A stretch of 64,000 nt of DNA from Nitrospirales bacterium (GTDB lineage Bacteria > Nitrospirota > Nitrospiria > Nitrospirales > UBA8639): assembly GCA_965203295.1 (NCBI GenBank), contig CBDBCZ010000017.1:1440001-1504000 (forward strand), given 5' to 3'. Shown in pieces: positions 13,401 through 26,900 of the stretch. The number at the start of each line of letters is the position of its first letter. The first letter of the stretch is position 1. The notes below the pieces were generated by a model. That model saw only the letters and a program-made list of their open reading frames with translations, did not search any database and was not told the DNA's origin. The position numbers were made by a program, and so were the translations under genes.

Positions 13401-16400
13401 TTTTTCATGGTCACATGCAAAGGGCTGTAACAACAATTTACAACTATCATACTATGCAATCAGCAGAAGCTATTAAGCATCCAGTAGTAAAGACTAAATA
13501 ACAGCAGGTATTGGACACATGACTCTGCATGATAAAGTGGATACCTTATATGGTGAAATTTCAAAGTGCTGCAGTAACAAATTATAATGTATACAAGTAG
13601 TTGTGCTCACTTCACTCGCACAACTACTTGTGTTTGTTGAACTCGCTCGCTGCGCTCGCTCTGAACAGATAGAGATTAAAGATGTGATTTGCATGTGATT
13701 CGATTGTTTGTATGGTACATTTAGCTAGTAGTGTTGCTGACAGATCCCGGCCTGAATCACGTGGAGGCAGTACTACAGAGACTACAATCAACGGTAAAAC
13801 AATACAGGCACGCTAGGAGGTTCAATGTTAGCAAATGTGCACACCACATTCCAACCGGAGGCAGTGACTCAGAGGAGAGACTACAAAAGTGGAATCTATA
13901 GGTACACGAAGCTGTTACTTAAAATACAAGTCAAATGTTTAATATTGAGTACTACGAGTTTCATGATAAAAGCCATATCACTACTGCCAGAGTTATATGG
14001 TCAGCAGTGGATATGGGATGGATATTATGCATGCTGTTGCATCTATAGTCTGTCTTCAATATTGTACACATATGGCTTGCAATACTTTATAAGGGGATAA
14101 AGTTGTAAGTCATACTGGCTATCATAGTTTTTATAGTTAATGGATACTTGATAAAAAGGCAGCACATAGCTATGATAGGGAGCAGACACATGACTGATAA
14201 TTTATTGAGACTTAACGCACATTACCATGGCAACCACTTTTTCCCACGCTTATAGCACTCAAAGGAGGCCACATACAGGGATTATTGCTATACCAATGTA
14301 CATTAAATCAGTTAAGGTCAGTTTGGGTGAGGGGTTAAAATCCTCGGCTTCGCCTCGGACTATAAATTCCCCTCACCCAAACTGACCTTTAGCCATTACT
14401 TATCAAAGTACTAGGCCTGCTCCCAGAGCCATGCCTTTTTGGTTACACAAAGGACAGTCTGCTTTACATTCATGCAACCGAACAAGCAGGAGCGCGTGGG
14501 AACAAGGCTGTCAAGGTGCTGTAGTACTAGATGTCCATGCATGATAAGCAGTCACAAAGCAGCCACTGGTATTCATGCTGTGATATATCATACCTTTCAC
14601 TTTTAGAGTAATAGTTTCATCATACACGGCACCATCCAATCCAGTGATTCTGCATGTAAACATTGCCCCATCCAGACCAGTCGACTCAAGTTCAAGGGGT
14701 AGGACTACTTCCTGTGTGGTTGAGGATTCTAGGGCATATTCAAAACCACCCAGAAGCCACTGAATTTTCTCATGATTTTTCAGGGTAGTGGTGCAAAAGA
14801 TGTGCACAGTTAGGCCAACAATTAAGACTTCTTCATAGCCAGTAGTTTGCATAACTACATGGAATAAGATACAGGCAACCAGTAGCAATGTAAACACAAG
14901 TGGTACTTACAGGTTACCTAGTAAGCTATAATCAGACAATATTATGTGCAGCTGTACTATACAACATGTGCCAGAGAGAGAGATTAAACATATTCTTTAT
15001 GAATAATTATGGGCGAACGAGGGAGGCAGTATGTGTTCATAGCCCTACTCAGCAATTTTTTACAGTACTGCTCACACACATTAGTGCAGTACGGTAATCG
15101 TAGACTCGGGTTATTAAGCGCACCTTTTTTATAAGCTCACAACTTTTTATAAGCGCATACTTCCTTCCCGATTTTTGCTACTCGCTATTAAGCGCATGCG
15201 CGTGGCCGATTAAACCTTGAACTTTGGGCTCTCAGCACGAGATTGAGATTGCGACGTGCTAAGTATTGCCGAGTGTTTCACTGGAGAGTCTCACGATGGC
15301 TACTGCTGCTGGTGCTTCTATCCTTCCCTCGAACGGATCGGGAAAGGCTAAGAGGAAAAGCTATGCAAGAGAGTTCAAGCTGACGTTGTCAACCACTATC
15401 ATGACAACAATTTGTACCAGACGTCCAATTGTTGAACACGAAGACGATTTTGTACACGTGGTGCCCTCGAATGATGCTGTCGTGAATTAGGATCGCGTCT
15501 TCCCCCCTTGCCATGATAGCTAGCTAGCCATAAAACGAGTTGCGAAAAGTGGGCGGGTCTAATGGGCGGTGCTAGAGATCGCTATTTTATAAGCGCACAC
15601 TTTTTGTTAAGCACATATTTCCTTGCCGCTCAGACTTATAAACGCATGCGCTTAATAACCCGAGTCTACGGTATATGGATGAGACACTCATACTCTTTAT
15701 ACATAATACATACTTTTTGCTGTGACGTTGACTGAATTGGATACTCCAAATGAATTGCTAACTTTACAAGAATACTCTCCAGAAAGTTGATCAACAGAAT
15801 CTTCCATTTTCAAGACGTTTTTGTAAGTTGAAGTGGCTCTGTCGGTGATGGTCTGTGTCATCTTATGAACTGTTCCGTCGATAGTTATTTCAACCCCGTC
15901 CTTAGCCCACACGACATTTGTCGGAGGAGAACCAGTGGATATACATTCAAGGGCAAAGAGTCCATCAGAAGTATCCTGCCGAAGGCTGGTAACAGTAGGA
16001 GCAGCTGCAATGAGAAACAGTGCAAACTAACACCTTTCAGTATAAGCACTGACATAGACCGGAATTGTATATTTGATTGAGTTCAGCAAATAAACATGAA
16101 GTTTCAATGGATACATTTTGTGTGATTTCATTTGGTTACAGTTAGGCTACGTACTCCCACGTTACCCCACAAGGAATAAAGAACTCGCATGAAGAATAGC
16201 TGCAACTCTACATGCTATAGCTAGACACAAGTCACGCTGCCTTGACAAGGCTGTCTGTTGAAGCTTTGGTCTTCTGTCGTAAAGTTCCATCATGCAAGCA
16301 GCAAATGATTACATGTGTAGGCTTTTTACCAGCCGGAGCGCGCGAACGGCTGGTATTAAGATTGCTTTGCGTTTTCCGCGTCTGTTTGTTTGTTTGTCTG

Positions 16401-18800
16401 TACTGTGCGTCCGCACTTATCACGTGCGCAATGTATTACGTCATACGTTACTATGCAACTGCAGTGTATAGCAGCTTTTGGAGGTTTGCAGGCCAAGCTA
16501 CAGCAAATGAAGGTAGTTTTGTGTTGCCTAGATGGCGAAAACGTGGTAGGTAGTAGAACGTACAAAGCAACGTTTTCCATTCCACATCCCACAACATGTA
16601 CCAGTACTCTACATTTTTACGTGAGCCATGTTTACTGTGCAGCTGGCAGTAGAGTGTATTTTGCAGGTGGTCACATGAACTGTTACATCCTTTGAACTTT
16701 ACTCAGATTACACAAAGGCTTTGAAAGGCAATGCTTACCCTGACATGGCTTATCCATCATTTCCCATATAAACCACAACAGACTGTACACACTACTGATT
16801 ATTATCACTCTCAACCAGAGTCTGTAAGGTAGACATGTACCACAATCATGAAACATGGACAAGGTGTCTTCTTGATTGTACAACATTAATATTCAAACAC
16901 TGGAGAAAATTGCTTGTATGCATAGAGAGAAATATGTTAATTAAGTGCAATTTTAAAAGAGATTTTGATATGGACGATATGAAAGCTTTAGCAATAGCTG
17001 TGGAAAATAGATAAATAGCCATGTGTTTTATTGATAAATTCATGCTGAACCAAAGTCACATGTTTCACTTATACAATCATTGACACTTCAATTATACACT
17101 AAAACATTTCCCAGCACTATCACATCTAAAGGTAAGGTACTAGCTAACTGCCCTCTTACAGGTAACGTAAAGATTACAACTAAAACAAAATTACCACATC
17201 CCAATTCCAGTAAAACCTGTCAGAAGCTCAAAGCTTATCAGCTACACAGGAAATCGGTAGTGTACTGAAAATTGTTACATTTCTTGTAAAAGCTATTCAG
17301 AACAAAAGGCACTCTGCACTTTACTCACTTCTTATCATCAATGATTATATGTATACTGTGGATACTGTGGCTTACTGCTGAATTCATTTCGAAAAATCCC
17401 CACATTCAAGTCAGCTCCTTCCTTCAGACGACAAGTATACACTCCTTGCTCAGACAGAGATGAAGACAAGGCTACAATTTCCATTACAGTAGAGTCTTCA
17501 TAAGAAGTAGTGGTGACTTTGAAAGGGCCTTGACTACTGGTTACGTCGGCTCCGCTCACATCAATGAACTGGATGGTTGCATCATTGTCCGTTGCGCTGA
17601 ACCAGCAGTAGAAGTGAATGGTGCCGTTCGCAACAATGATTCCATTGTCAGGCAGTGCAGTTTGTACGGTTTCATCAAAAATTCCTGAACCTACATATAA
17701 ATTAAAAATTATAGGTAGCGGCACGGCAACTTCAAAAGTTGTATTTTGCTTAGGTGTTTACAAAGTAATAATTCATAGTTGGTTGTCTCCAAAGTGGTGT
17801 GTGTCTACTTTGAAAGCCAATGCAATTGTGTCATGCATCCACCTTGCATTGACAACTATAGTATTATTTGAAGCACAGGCCATCCATATGGGCCTACATA
17901 GATAAAAAAAAATCTTTATTTCAGGTGCTAATTTTTAATGCAGATATATAGAATGCAAGTTCCTACCATTTTACTATCCTATAAGATATTTCCACACACC
18001 AAAAACAAGGACTCACCAACAACATTCATTTCAACACTAGCAGACGCAGTTCTGTTGCAGTCTTGGTCAATAGTGTCTATAACAGTGCAGGTATGACTGC
18101 CGGAGTCAGCTGGCTTTAAAATCAGTGCCCTTACAGACGGAGTGTTGTTTCCTTGTGCAAAACAGCCGTCAAGACAAGAGGAAGACCAGCTGTAGGAAAC
18201 CTGTCCTAGCGATCCGTGTACAACACAAGTGAGTACTAGAGAACTGGCCACTCGGTAATTGGGAGGATCGAGAAGGAAATCTGAAGGCCGGGAATAGTTG
18301 ACATGAATCTCAGCTGTCAGACTTGAATCTTCTTCAGCAATTTCAGCTGTAGACGATAAAAGAAATTCACTTGTATCATTTGATGGATTAGTGCTAAATC
18401 TGTTGCTAAACGTAACAGTGTATTTGCTACTGTAACAGTATACAGTGAAAACCTTTTATTCTGCACCTCATGAATTTTATGATCATGAGGACACCTCTAT
18501 CTAAATTCAGGACCCTTCGAAAGCCCAAATTATACTTTCTTCCTACAAATTAATGACTAAAATGAGGACACCCATCTGAACAGAACCTTCACTTTGTCCC
18601 GAAGGTGGCCAGAATTATAGAATAGAGGAGCTCCACTGTATACCTAGAACCTCTTTACCAATCCATAATATAGTTACTGCTCCATACATACCTAACCCAA
18701 AAAAATACTAATAACAAAAATACGTACACTTACTTGGCTTTGCTTGAATCGGTCCAAGCTGCGCTACCCACACTAGTAGGCCAAGAACAAGGACATACAT
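7408..18800 (-). CDS. Multi-Ig-domain protein, paralog B (complete, 14 exons, ~1303 aa: signal peptide + 11 Ig-like domains + Cys-containing SEA-like C-terminal domain and short hydrophobic tail)
   Basis: Exons (minus): 18800-18734 (MYVLVLGLLVWVAQLGPIQAKP), 18346-18017, 17690-17376, 16004-15714, 14854-14594, 12422-12117, 12050-11706, 11620-11333, 10965-10564, 10351-10064, 9870-9610, 9228-8893, 8288-8233, 7773-7408. All are GT-AG, the 11 Ig exons are symmetric phase 1, and the sum is 3912 nt, in frame to TGA at 7408-7410. Confidence 0.88.
9347..9521 (+). mobile_element. ~180-bp hairpin element, copy 1 of 4
   Basis: tacattaccatggcaacc...aaaggtcagtttgggtgagggg...cccctcacccaaa(c/t)tgaccttta; close copies at 14219, 19763 and 27418. 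Confidence 0.85.
12500..13136. mobile_element. TTAA-flanked TIR MITE (Kolobok-like termini)
   Basis: Left ttaaggttaggcccaaacagaagt, right acttccggttgggcctaaccttaa. The right end is locally duplicated at 13141-13166. Confidence 0.7.
14219..14400 (+). mobile_element. ~180-bp hairpin element, copy 2 of 4
   Basis: Same sequence family as 9347-9521. Confidence 0.85.
15098..15671 (+). mobile_element. pogo/Tc1-mariner-type non-autonomous element with transposase N-terminal remnant
   Basis: TIRs cgtagactcgggttattaagcgc / gcgcttaataacccgagtctacgg followed by TA. Internal KRKSYAREFKL resembles a Brinker-type HTH start. The same TIR occurs at 60258-60837. Confidence 0.8.
16327..16557 (+). repeat. Dispersed repeat with terminal hairpin (inverted copy ~33873-34063)
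   Basis: Hairpin accagccg...cggctggt plus a shared body (gcaggccaagctacagcaaatgaaggtagttttgtgttgcctagatggcgaaaacgtggtaggtag) found on the opposite strand at 33.9-34.06 kb. Confidence 0.8.
18443..18638. mobile_element. Tigger-like MITE (CAGT termini, TA TSD)
   Basis: ta-cagtgaaaacc...gagctccactg-ta with internal gaggacacc repeats; a related fragment is at 55116-55320. Confidence 0.55.
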
Positions 18801-19762
18801 CCTGTAATTGGCCAGCAATTCCCTGTACTGAGTTTCAATATATATATGCAGCTGCGGAATAGTCTGCATGCACAGTAGTCTGAAGAAAAACAGTCTAGTG
18901 GCAGCATTTATATATAAATTGCCCCACAGAATGAGATGAATATCATTTGCAAGCATTACAGCCTATAATTTACTGAAAGTAGGGCTTCTCAATGTTACTG
19001 ATAATGCAATTTCGCAATGTTACTGATAATGCAATTTCTTGGCAATTGCCACTAGAGCAACTACAACACTACTAGTGGGAATTCTCACATTCTGCAGTGC
19101 ACCAGTTAAAAACTACATGTATTCCCAAGTGAAGAGTTAGGAATCTTGATCCGCCCATCTAACACCATAATATTATCTTCGGTCTACCTTAATAAACAAT
19201 AATCTCTATCCAGCTAGAAACAGTAATAGCTAGCTATATACCAAGGTGCAGTCAGTGGGAATGAGCGAGTATTGCGACCAAGTGCCAGAATACGTTGAGT
19301 GAATGACTTCAGGCAGCGCACAAACAGCCTCTTCATTATGTTTGGTAGCTAGAGCCTACCTTTTATGGTATTATGCTAGTGCATTTCCTGTGAGATTATT
19401 GCAGGATATGACATCACAAAGTCTATACCAGACTATAATACTACCTAGAGGATTAATGCTGACCATGATGTGCGAGATTTAGAGAGACACAGGTCTATAG
19501 CTAAGGGTAGGGTGCTATAGAGCTGGTACGTAGGTTCTGGCATGAGCCAAGAAAAGAAGGGGGAGCAGGGGGGTGGGGGGTTAGGGTTGGGGGGGGGGGG
19601 GGGGGGGGGGAGGTGAATGGCTTTCCGTAGCACCAAATAGAAATGTATTCTGAAAATGGCATGGCATTTTGGAGATCAGGCCCTTTTTTCTGCCAGCAAT
19701 ACTATTCATGGTGGTTCAGAATGCTATGTATTGTATGTCTGGTGTTTTTTTTTTATTTCTTT

Positions 19763-19952
19763 AATGTACATTACCATCGCAACCACTTTTTTCCACGCTT
19801 ATAGCACTCAAAGGAGGTCACATACAGGGATCATTGCTATACCAATGTACATTAAATCAGTTCAAGGTCAGTTTGGGTGAGGGATTAAAATCCTTGACTT
19901 CGCCTCAGACTTTAAATTCCCCTCACCCAAACTGACCTTTAACTATTACTTA
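19763..19952 (+). mobile_element. ~180-bp hairpin element, copy 3 of 4
   Basis: Same sequence family as 9347-9521. Confidence 0.85.
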
Positions 19953-20976
19953 TTTGATGCTGTGGTCAGTGTGGTGTAGTGGTCTGTTATCTACCATGGG
20001 AAATGTTATCGTTGGTGGAAGCCAAGGAAGCACCAAGGGTGAGGTCATACACCACACTATGCAGTAATCTGCCCTGTACCTATACCATGCCTAAGACATT
20101 CCAACAGGTTTTGGCAGATCTGTAAGAAGCATCCACTAGCTAGAGCCAGTGCTGGCATGATACAAACCAGTCAAATCAGACTTTTAGCACAGGAAATGCT
20201 AGCCACAACCGGGGAAACACCTGCAGAAACTGTAAAAAGACTGAACGCTAGCTACATATAGGAGCCATATGTATCCAATACCAAATTACATAGCTACTTA
20301 TCGTCCACTATATACTCATACATGTACACACTCTAGCTTTTGTTCCCAGTATCGAATCCATTTTTTTGGTCATGTGTAGTATGTGAAAAAGCTGGGAGTG
20401 AAACTGGGTCCTGGGAATGAGGCTATATACACAGACTCCAGGTATTGAATAAATGTGCACTGGTTAAACCTGCTATAAACGATTCTAGGATTTGCTTGTC
20501 TTTCCAGGGCTGATAAACTAATAGCATTATGATAGCACAGCACTATCAGAAGAATCGCTAATAGGTTACTTGTTGGAACTTGTTTGCCATTAGTGTCCTG
20601 TTGTACTGCAATAACAACTATAAGAAAAGTACTCCATACACTTTACTACTCAACACATCAAAGAAAATGTTCTCTCTTTGAAAAGTTATACCTCTAATAG
20701 GGCATTCCTTTGATGACTGAATACAGTTTCTGCCTACACTACATAGCCTCCATCCTACAGGAGCAGCAAACCAAGTGTTATCATTCCCTTAGTGTGGTGA
20801 TAACATTCCCTTCATGTGGTAAAGATCTGGGCGTTAGGCTAAAGTCAAATTTTAACAGATTTTCTACAAAAGCATTTCCAATACATGACTAGCTATTTAC
20901 CAAAGCAGCAATTACATCAACGAAATTAGTCACTCAACATTTCACATACTGTATACAGAAATGAAGAGTCGTAAGG

Positions 20977-23900
20977 TCAAAGTTCAGAGCTGTCGATCAC
21001 CTCTGCCGCACTTCCCTTGGGAGGTGTGGGACTGTGTCTCTCTTTGGGAGGTGTGGGACTTCGGCTTCGTGCCTGAGTGTAGAGTGCTTCATTGGCGAGA
21101 TACATCTCACGCTTGATTTGATTCTGAACGGTCTCTGGTACATCTGGCACTAGCCAGTTTAAGAACATGGACACGGCACGAACGAAAACCTGAAGGTGTA
21201 CGTACAAAGAGTCTGACATGAATGTAAATATGCAGGATAAAAACAAATGAAAAACAGTAGTACTACACGTGCAACCTTTGTGAGCGTGTACAGTTTTCAT
21301 TGAGTGTACGTACGCTGACCCAGGCTAGACCTAGCTATCCCATTGAAAGTGACTGTGGTGTTCTTCAGTACTTGAAACACGTCACTAGGGACACGCACAT
21401 TATTCGGGAATTTCTTTAGGAATAATAGGTGTATACATAAAAGGGAGAATAATAGGTGATTGTTTTGATAAAACCTGTCTGTAAGGCCTTCCCTGGGTCA
21501 GAGGACTCAGTAATTAGTCTGAAGTAAAGTGGTGGGCTGGGGGTAGAATATAAGTGGCTGTGAATTCCATCAATAATTCCAGAGCCAAGTGTAGTGAAGC
21601 AGAGAAATCCACTATATGACTTGGACAAGGTAGAAACACATCCTAAATTCAGTCTGCTACATATGGCTCGTAATAAAGGAAAAGAATAATAGGGTAAAAA
21701 TAAGAATAATAGGAAGGAATAATAGGGCAAGATAAAAGAATTGGGGAATAGAATAATGGGAAAATTAAAAAGAATAATGTGCCTGTCCCTACACGTCACT
21801 CATGCTTGGCTCATCTGCAGCTCCTTGACAACCAGCATGTGATTGAACTTCATGCACAATGTAACAGCTACAGAACTATTCACTCACAGAATTTGCCGGG
21901 TATTCCACCCCCTTTTATAGAAAACGGTTCATGAAGAATACAATGACATTGTGTTGAATACTAATAAAATTATCGATGCAGGGTACTTTAATTATTGTTG
22001 TGAATGTAATACATGCGTTAGCTAAATACCTCAAATAAGAGGACAAAGGCTAATCTTGCTGCCCATATCTGCCAGAACACCAGCGGGCGAGATCCATCCA
22101 CATTCACATGTCCTCGGAACCTGAACAAAAGCACACAAATACAAATAGTAACTGTTTATTAATAATTTGTGCTATGTATAAACACTCATTAATGATAAGT
22201 CATTCAAGTACTTGAAAATACGAGTTTAATTGATTCCTATAGCACTTACTGTATATGAAAGAGAAAAGAAAAAGAATCTCAGAGAGTTATTTAGTCCTTA
22301 TGAACACTACATACAACAATGAATTGATGCTTGGGTCAGTAAATTAAGGTTTTTGATTGATGAACAACGTACCTTAATTGGGCCAGACTACACATACCTA
22401 CGTATAATATAGCATGCCCTCCCACAATATATACCAGGCTGTACATACATATCATGTTTGGTATGCACACGTAAGTAATGAACATCAGACATAGTCCCAT
22501 AATTAGTTAATAACAAACACTTCTGTTACAGTAATTTATCCAAACCTCAGTGAAGGGTGGGACTCAAATGAGCTGAATAAATACTATGTAGTATGAGCAC
22601 TGCATTTAATGGAAGTTTAGAGATTATTGCATTTCGAATGCAGTGATGTGATCATGCAACCGAGTAATGTTCATCTTCACCCTATATTGCCAGCTATAAA
22701 CAAGTGGATGGGTTATGTTTATGTAACAGTGTACTTACTGACAAGTGGCACTCAAGTTGGCACAAGGTCCTGTAGGTTTCCTGGGTGACCAGTCCGCTTT
22801 GGCATCAAAGACGAGTTGTTTAAACTCTCCGGTGACAGTACCATTGTCTGAGCAGCCACCACCCCCATAAAAACAGGCATACTGTGCATCTGTGAAACCG
22901 AACTTGTCCCTGCCAGTTAGCGGATCAGAGTAGGTGCTGAAAAAAGCAGCAGAAGTGCTTATATTGTAGGTTACAGCATCATACAAGCATTCAAAGTCGA
23001 TGAATGGTAGGTAGAGAATCGATTCCTCATTTTCGTTGGTTATTATATTGCCCCTGTCATCATACATCACAAGTGCATGTGCAGAGTAAGCAGGAAAGGC
23101 TTGCCCATCAAGAAGAGCACTGAGAGGAAAGGGGCTCACAGACCATTGAATATAGCCAGAGAGATCATGGGTCCTTGTGGCATTTCCAAATGCTGTGTTT
23201 TCGATGCTGCTTTTGTACTGATCACTATACCCACCATGAATGTATACATTAAAGGGGATAAACTGTGCGGTGACTGCAATTAAAAGTCCGTTTGTCAGCA
23301 CAGCAATTGAAGAGACAACTGTCAAAACCAAAAACCAGGCACCTGAGTGTGGAAAACATCGTCTTTATTAAAAATAATGAAATTTAAGTATGTAAACGTT
23401 TACACAAATATAAGAGTCTGACATAGGACAGCTAATGTTCATTGCACTATACTTCTTCATATAATTGCTTTTAAAGTCAGTAGAGCTTACTTTATTGCTC
23501 AATAGTTTAATCATAAGTATACAGAAAGCCCTACAATTAAAAAGAATACATCCCTTACCAATATCCTGCACTCGGACTGCAACAGGACGCCGAAAGATTG
23601 TCACATATTTTCGAGCATCGAGCCTGATCTCGATGATGTTATTGAAAAGGGCAAATAGTGGTGCCAGAGGAAGTGCAGCCACAAAGACTGTCACGAAACC
23701 ATATTGGATAACTAGAGGAGAAAGGAAATCGTTCATTTGTGAGGCCAGAAAACACACAGACTGATGCCAAGAAGTAGTGGTTGTATTAACCTTTATACAT
23801 GAGGTAGTCCCGGGGAGAAAACAAGTATCATTTTGCTGGATTTTCAATTGTATCACTGTGCCACTTTTTCTAAACCTCTGTTAAAGTTGGGACTGTATAC

Positions 23901-26900
23901 ATACAAACTATCGATGCAACTATGCGTCACATATGGGTCCCACCCTTAACGAAAGTTCAGCAATATCGCGTTTCAAATGCAGTGAATGATGCAATAGAGC
24001 CCTTTACCTTTATGATGTAATGGGAGGGACAAAATACATGAAAACTTGCACGTTTCATGTAAATTTTAAACATGAAAACACAAAAACATGCATGTTTCCA
24101 TGTAGCTAATGTTTCATTTAGTGCCCACTTCCACCCCCCCCCCCCTTACATTATAATGGTGAAGGGTCTATTAAAACACACAATAGAATAGGTTTTCATT
24201 TTCTAACCGGGACTGCCACACATAATCAGCTGCTACATACGTACCTAGCTCAAGGAACTCATTGACGAATGCTAGATTGGGGAGTGGACATAGATCTTCA
24301 TCCGTGCATCCCTCTTTAGAGGGCTTCTTCTCCTTCATGTGTTTGAAGAAATGCTTGGTGGACCTACATGTACCGATGCATATAGAACGGTGGTGGAGTG
24401 GTCAAAAATCTCGTTAGATCATGTATATATGAGCATGCACCTGCACTGGTAGGCTTGAGATAATTATGCTCCAAATCTTTGCAATTATTCTATTCTCCAA
24501 TTCTTTGATTTTATTGCTATTATTCTCCCAGTTTTTTGCTTCTATTCTCATATTATTCTCAAGTTATACCTGTTGCTACACTGTAACATAAGTGAGCATT
24601 CTAGTAGACATCAACATGTCGACACTATTCACCAGCCACTGGGTCAGACATGATTGATACTGTCATAGAGTGCTAGCTAGGCACTCAACCAAAGAAATAA
24701 CTCACTCTATTTGAGCACCCAGTCCTCATGCATTGCTGGCCGGAGGGCAGGGGCGTCCCACTCATTCGGGCACGGACCACCAAAAGAGACATTGAGGCTT
24801 GCTACTATTCTAGAATTATGCTTTATGCTAATATCTTGCTATTATTCTAAAAATTATTCCAGCATAATTATCTCAAGCCTAACCTGCAGGTCTAAAGGAC
24901 TATGGATTTTCTTGCAGTAACAGATACTAGGCTGGTGTCTAGGTTGTGTATGGTGACTTCATCTATCATGAGTAGGATTGAGGATTGCGATGAAGTTAAG
25001 ATGACAGGATAGTTACTTGCTTTAGTAGCTCATTTCTACTAGGCACTTAAACTGTCACTCATTGCATGTGTAAGTCACACAGTTTACACCATACATGCAT
25101 TTATGCACCAGTTATATATCTCACGTAATCAAGTGTAAAAGTTTTAATGACTGTTACACAGTGTGCATTATATTTTGAAAACTGATCTGACAATGCCAGA
25201 TCAACCCAGGTTATGGTCGGACATGGTCTGACATTTAATCAAGAGTTTATTACAGAGCAATTTCAAATTTGCCAGTGCAACTGTTATATAAATAACTCAT
25301 GGCATGAAATTTTGGCTATAAGATAGAAGAGTACGAGCATTAGGTGAGTAGCTTGTGATCGGCAAGTTGGGCAGTAGAGCCTGTGAACGAGGCTAGGTAG
25401 CATGGTCAATGATGTTCTCGTTTTCTGGTTGCTGGAGCCAGTTGTCCATGCCCTGGAGAAGTTCCTCATTCCAACAGCACAACTCTCGTGCTTCCTACAA
25501 GCCTCACACCACAACACAGCCATGAGCCCCCCCGCAGTGTCGACATCACAGCGCAGCCACGAGAGCGTCTGATGCCCTATTTAATGTGCCTGGGTACGAG
25601 GCTACTGATGCTCACATTTGAACTGCGTCTTGAACGTGGCGACGGTGACTTGCCTCTTGGCCTTCTTCGAACTACTTGAAGCGCCAGGCAGGGTGCAAGC
25701 GCTACTTACTGTTCTCTTACGGCTAGCAAAGACTACGACCGAGGTGCTAAAACTTGCACTGTACTGCCACGTGTTTCTAGTGGGTGTGGCGCTTGGCGTG
25801 AGCATGCACATGCGTACGCGTTACATACGTGCGTGCGCTACGTACAGCGCGTTCTATAAAAACGACCGGCCAAAATGTCAGCTCAGGAGAACGAGCAGAC
25901 GGCCATAGTCGTCCTTTGCGCGGAATATGGCCGATGGGTGACCGTTATAATGCACATTGCTGTAGTAGTTTCTCAATTCCATGTGGAGCTTTAAATTCAC
26001 AGAAAACATAAAGACCTTTTTTTAACTTTCCTAAATAATTATGAAATATACAAGTATGTACATGTACATTCACAGAATAAACTGACTTCATCAAGTTGAA
26101 AGGCTAGCTCTTATGTACCGCAAACCTTGAAACTTTTACACGTACATATTCTGCATTTGGTTGACTTCAGTATGTAGTGTAGTCACTGCCTGATTCACTG
26201 TTTGTCTGTCTGAGTCTGACAATGATTGGATGCACTTTATAGAGCCATAAACTTTGAATTTCTTAAGCAGCAGTGATAATATGCAGGACGAAGGCTGACT
26301 GGAAAAGGACTGAAAATTGTCAGCTAAGTGACTCAGTCTGAGAGTCTGCATGTATACTCTCACTGTGAAAAAATAGGCAGGCAGGCCTGATAAAGCTGTG
26401 AAGTCTTAGCAGCGAAAGCATTCGATTCAGTTTTTCATTTCTGTTTTCTATTTCACTTGCTGGTTTTATACATTGATCGATCTGCTCAATACTGCTTTAA
26501 TATAGCAATAGTTTGTAGTACATGAACAGGTCAGGTCATGGTCTTATACTAAGTAGAAAGTATCACACACAAAAGTAGAACAACATTGATATACTTACGG
26601 TACACTCAACTCCTGAATGTTGTTTACAAGTTCCTTGCCAACTATGATAATGCCCAATTGGATCGTTAGCTCCAAGAGGCAGCCATAGGTGGGGCACTCA
26701 AGCATCCGCAGGTCTCCATACCGACTGTATCCTCCAGGATAGCCAATGAACCTGAATAAATGTGCCTAGTTAATAGCGGTTTATTAAACAGTAGCCAAAT
26801 CCACACATAATGCACAAAAATCAGTTGAAGGGTAACTTGGAGTATCATACAAGTAGTTACAACTGAGGTAATACACTATACTTTTGCGATATCCTCTAGA

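Noticed and set aside
18800..20977. Functional link or fusion between the anoctamin and Ig arrays
   Set aside because: Each gene has its own stop and start or signal peptide; adjacency on one strand is not evidence of a shared system.
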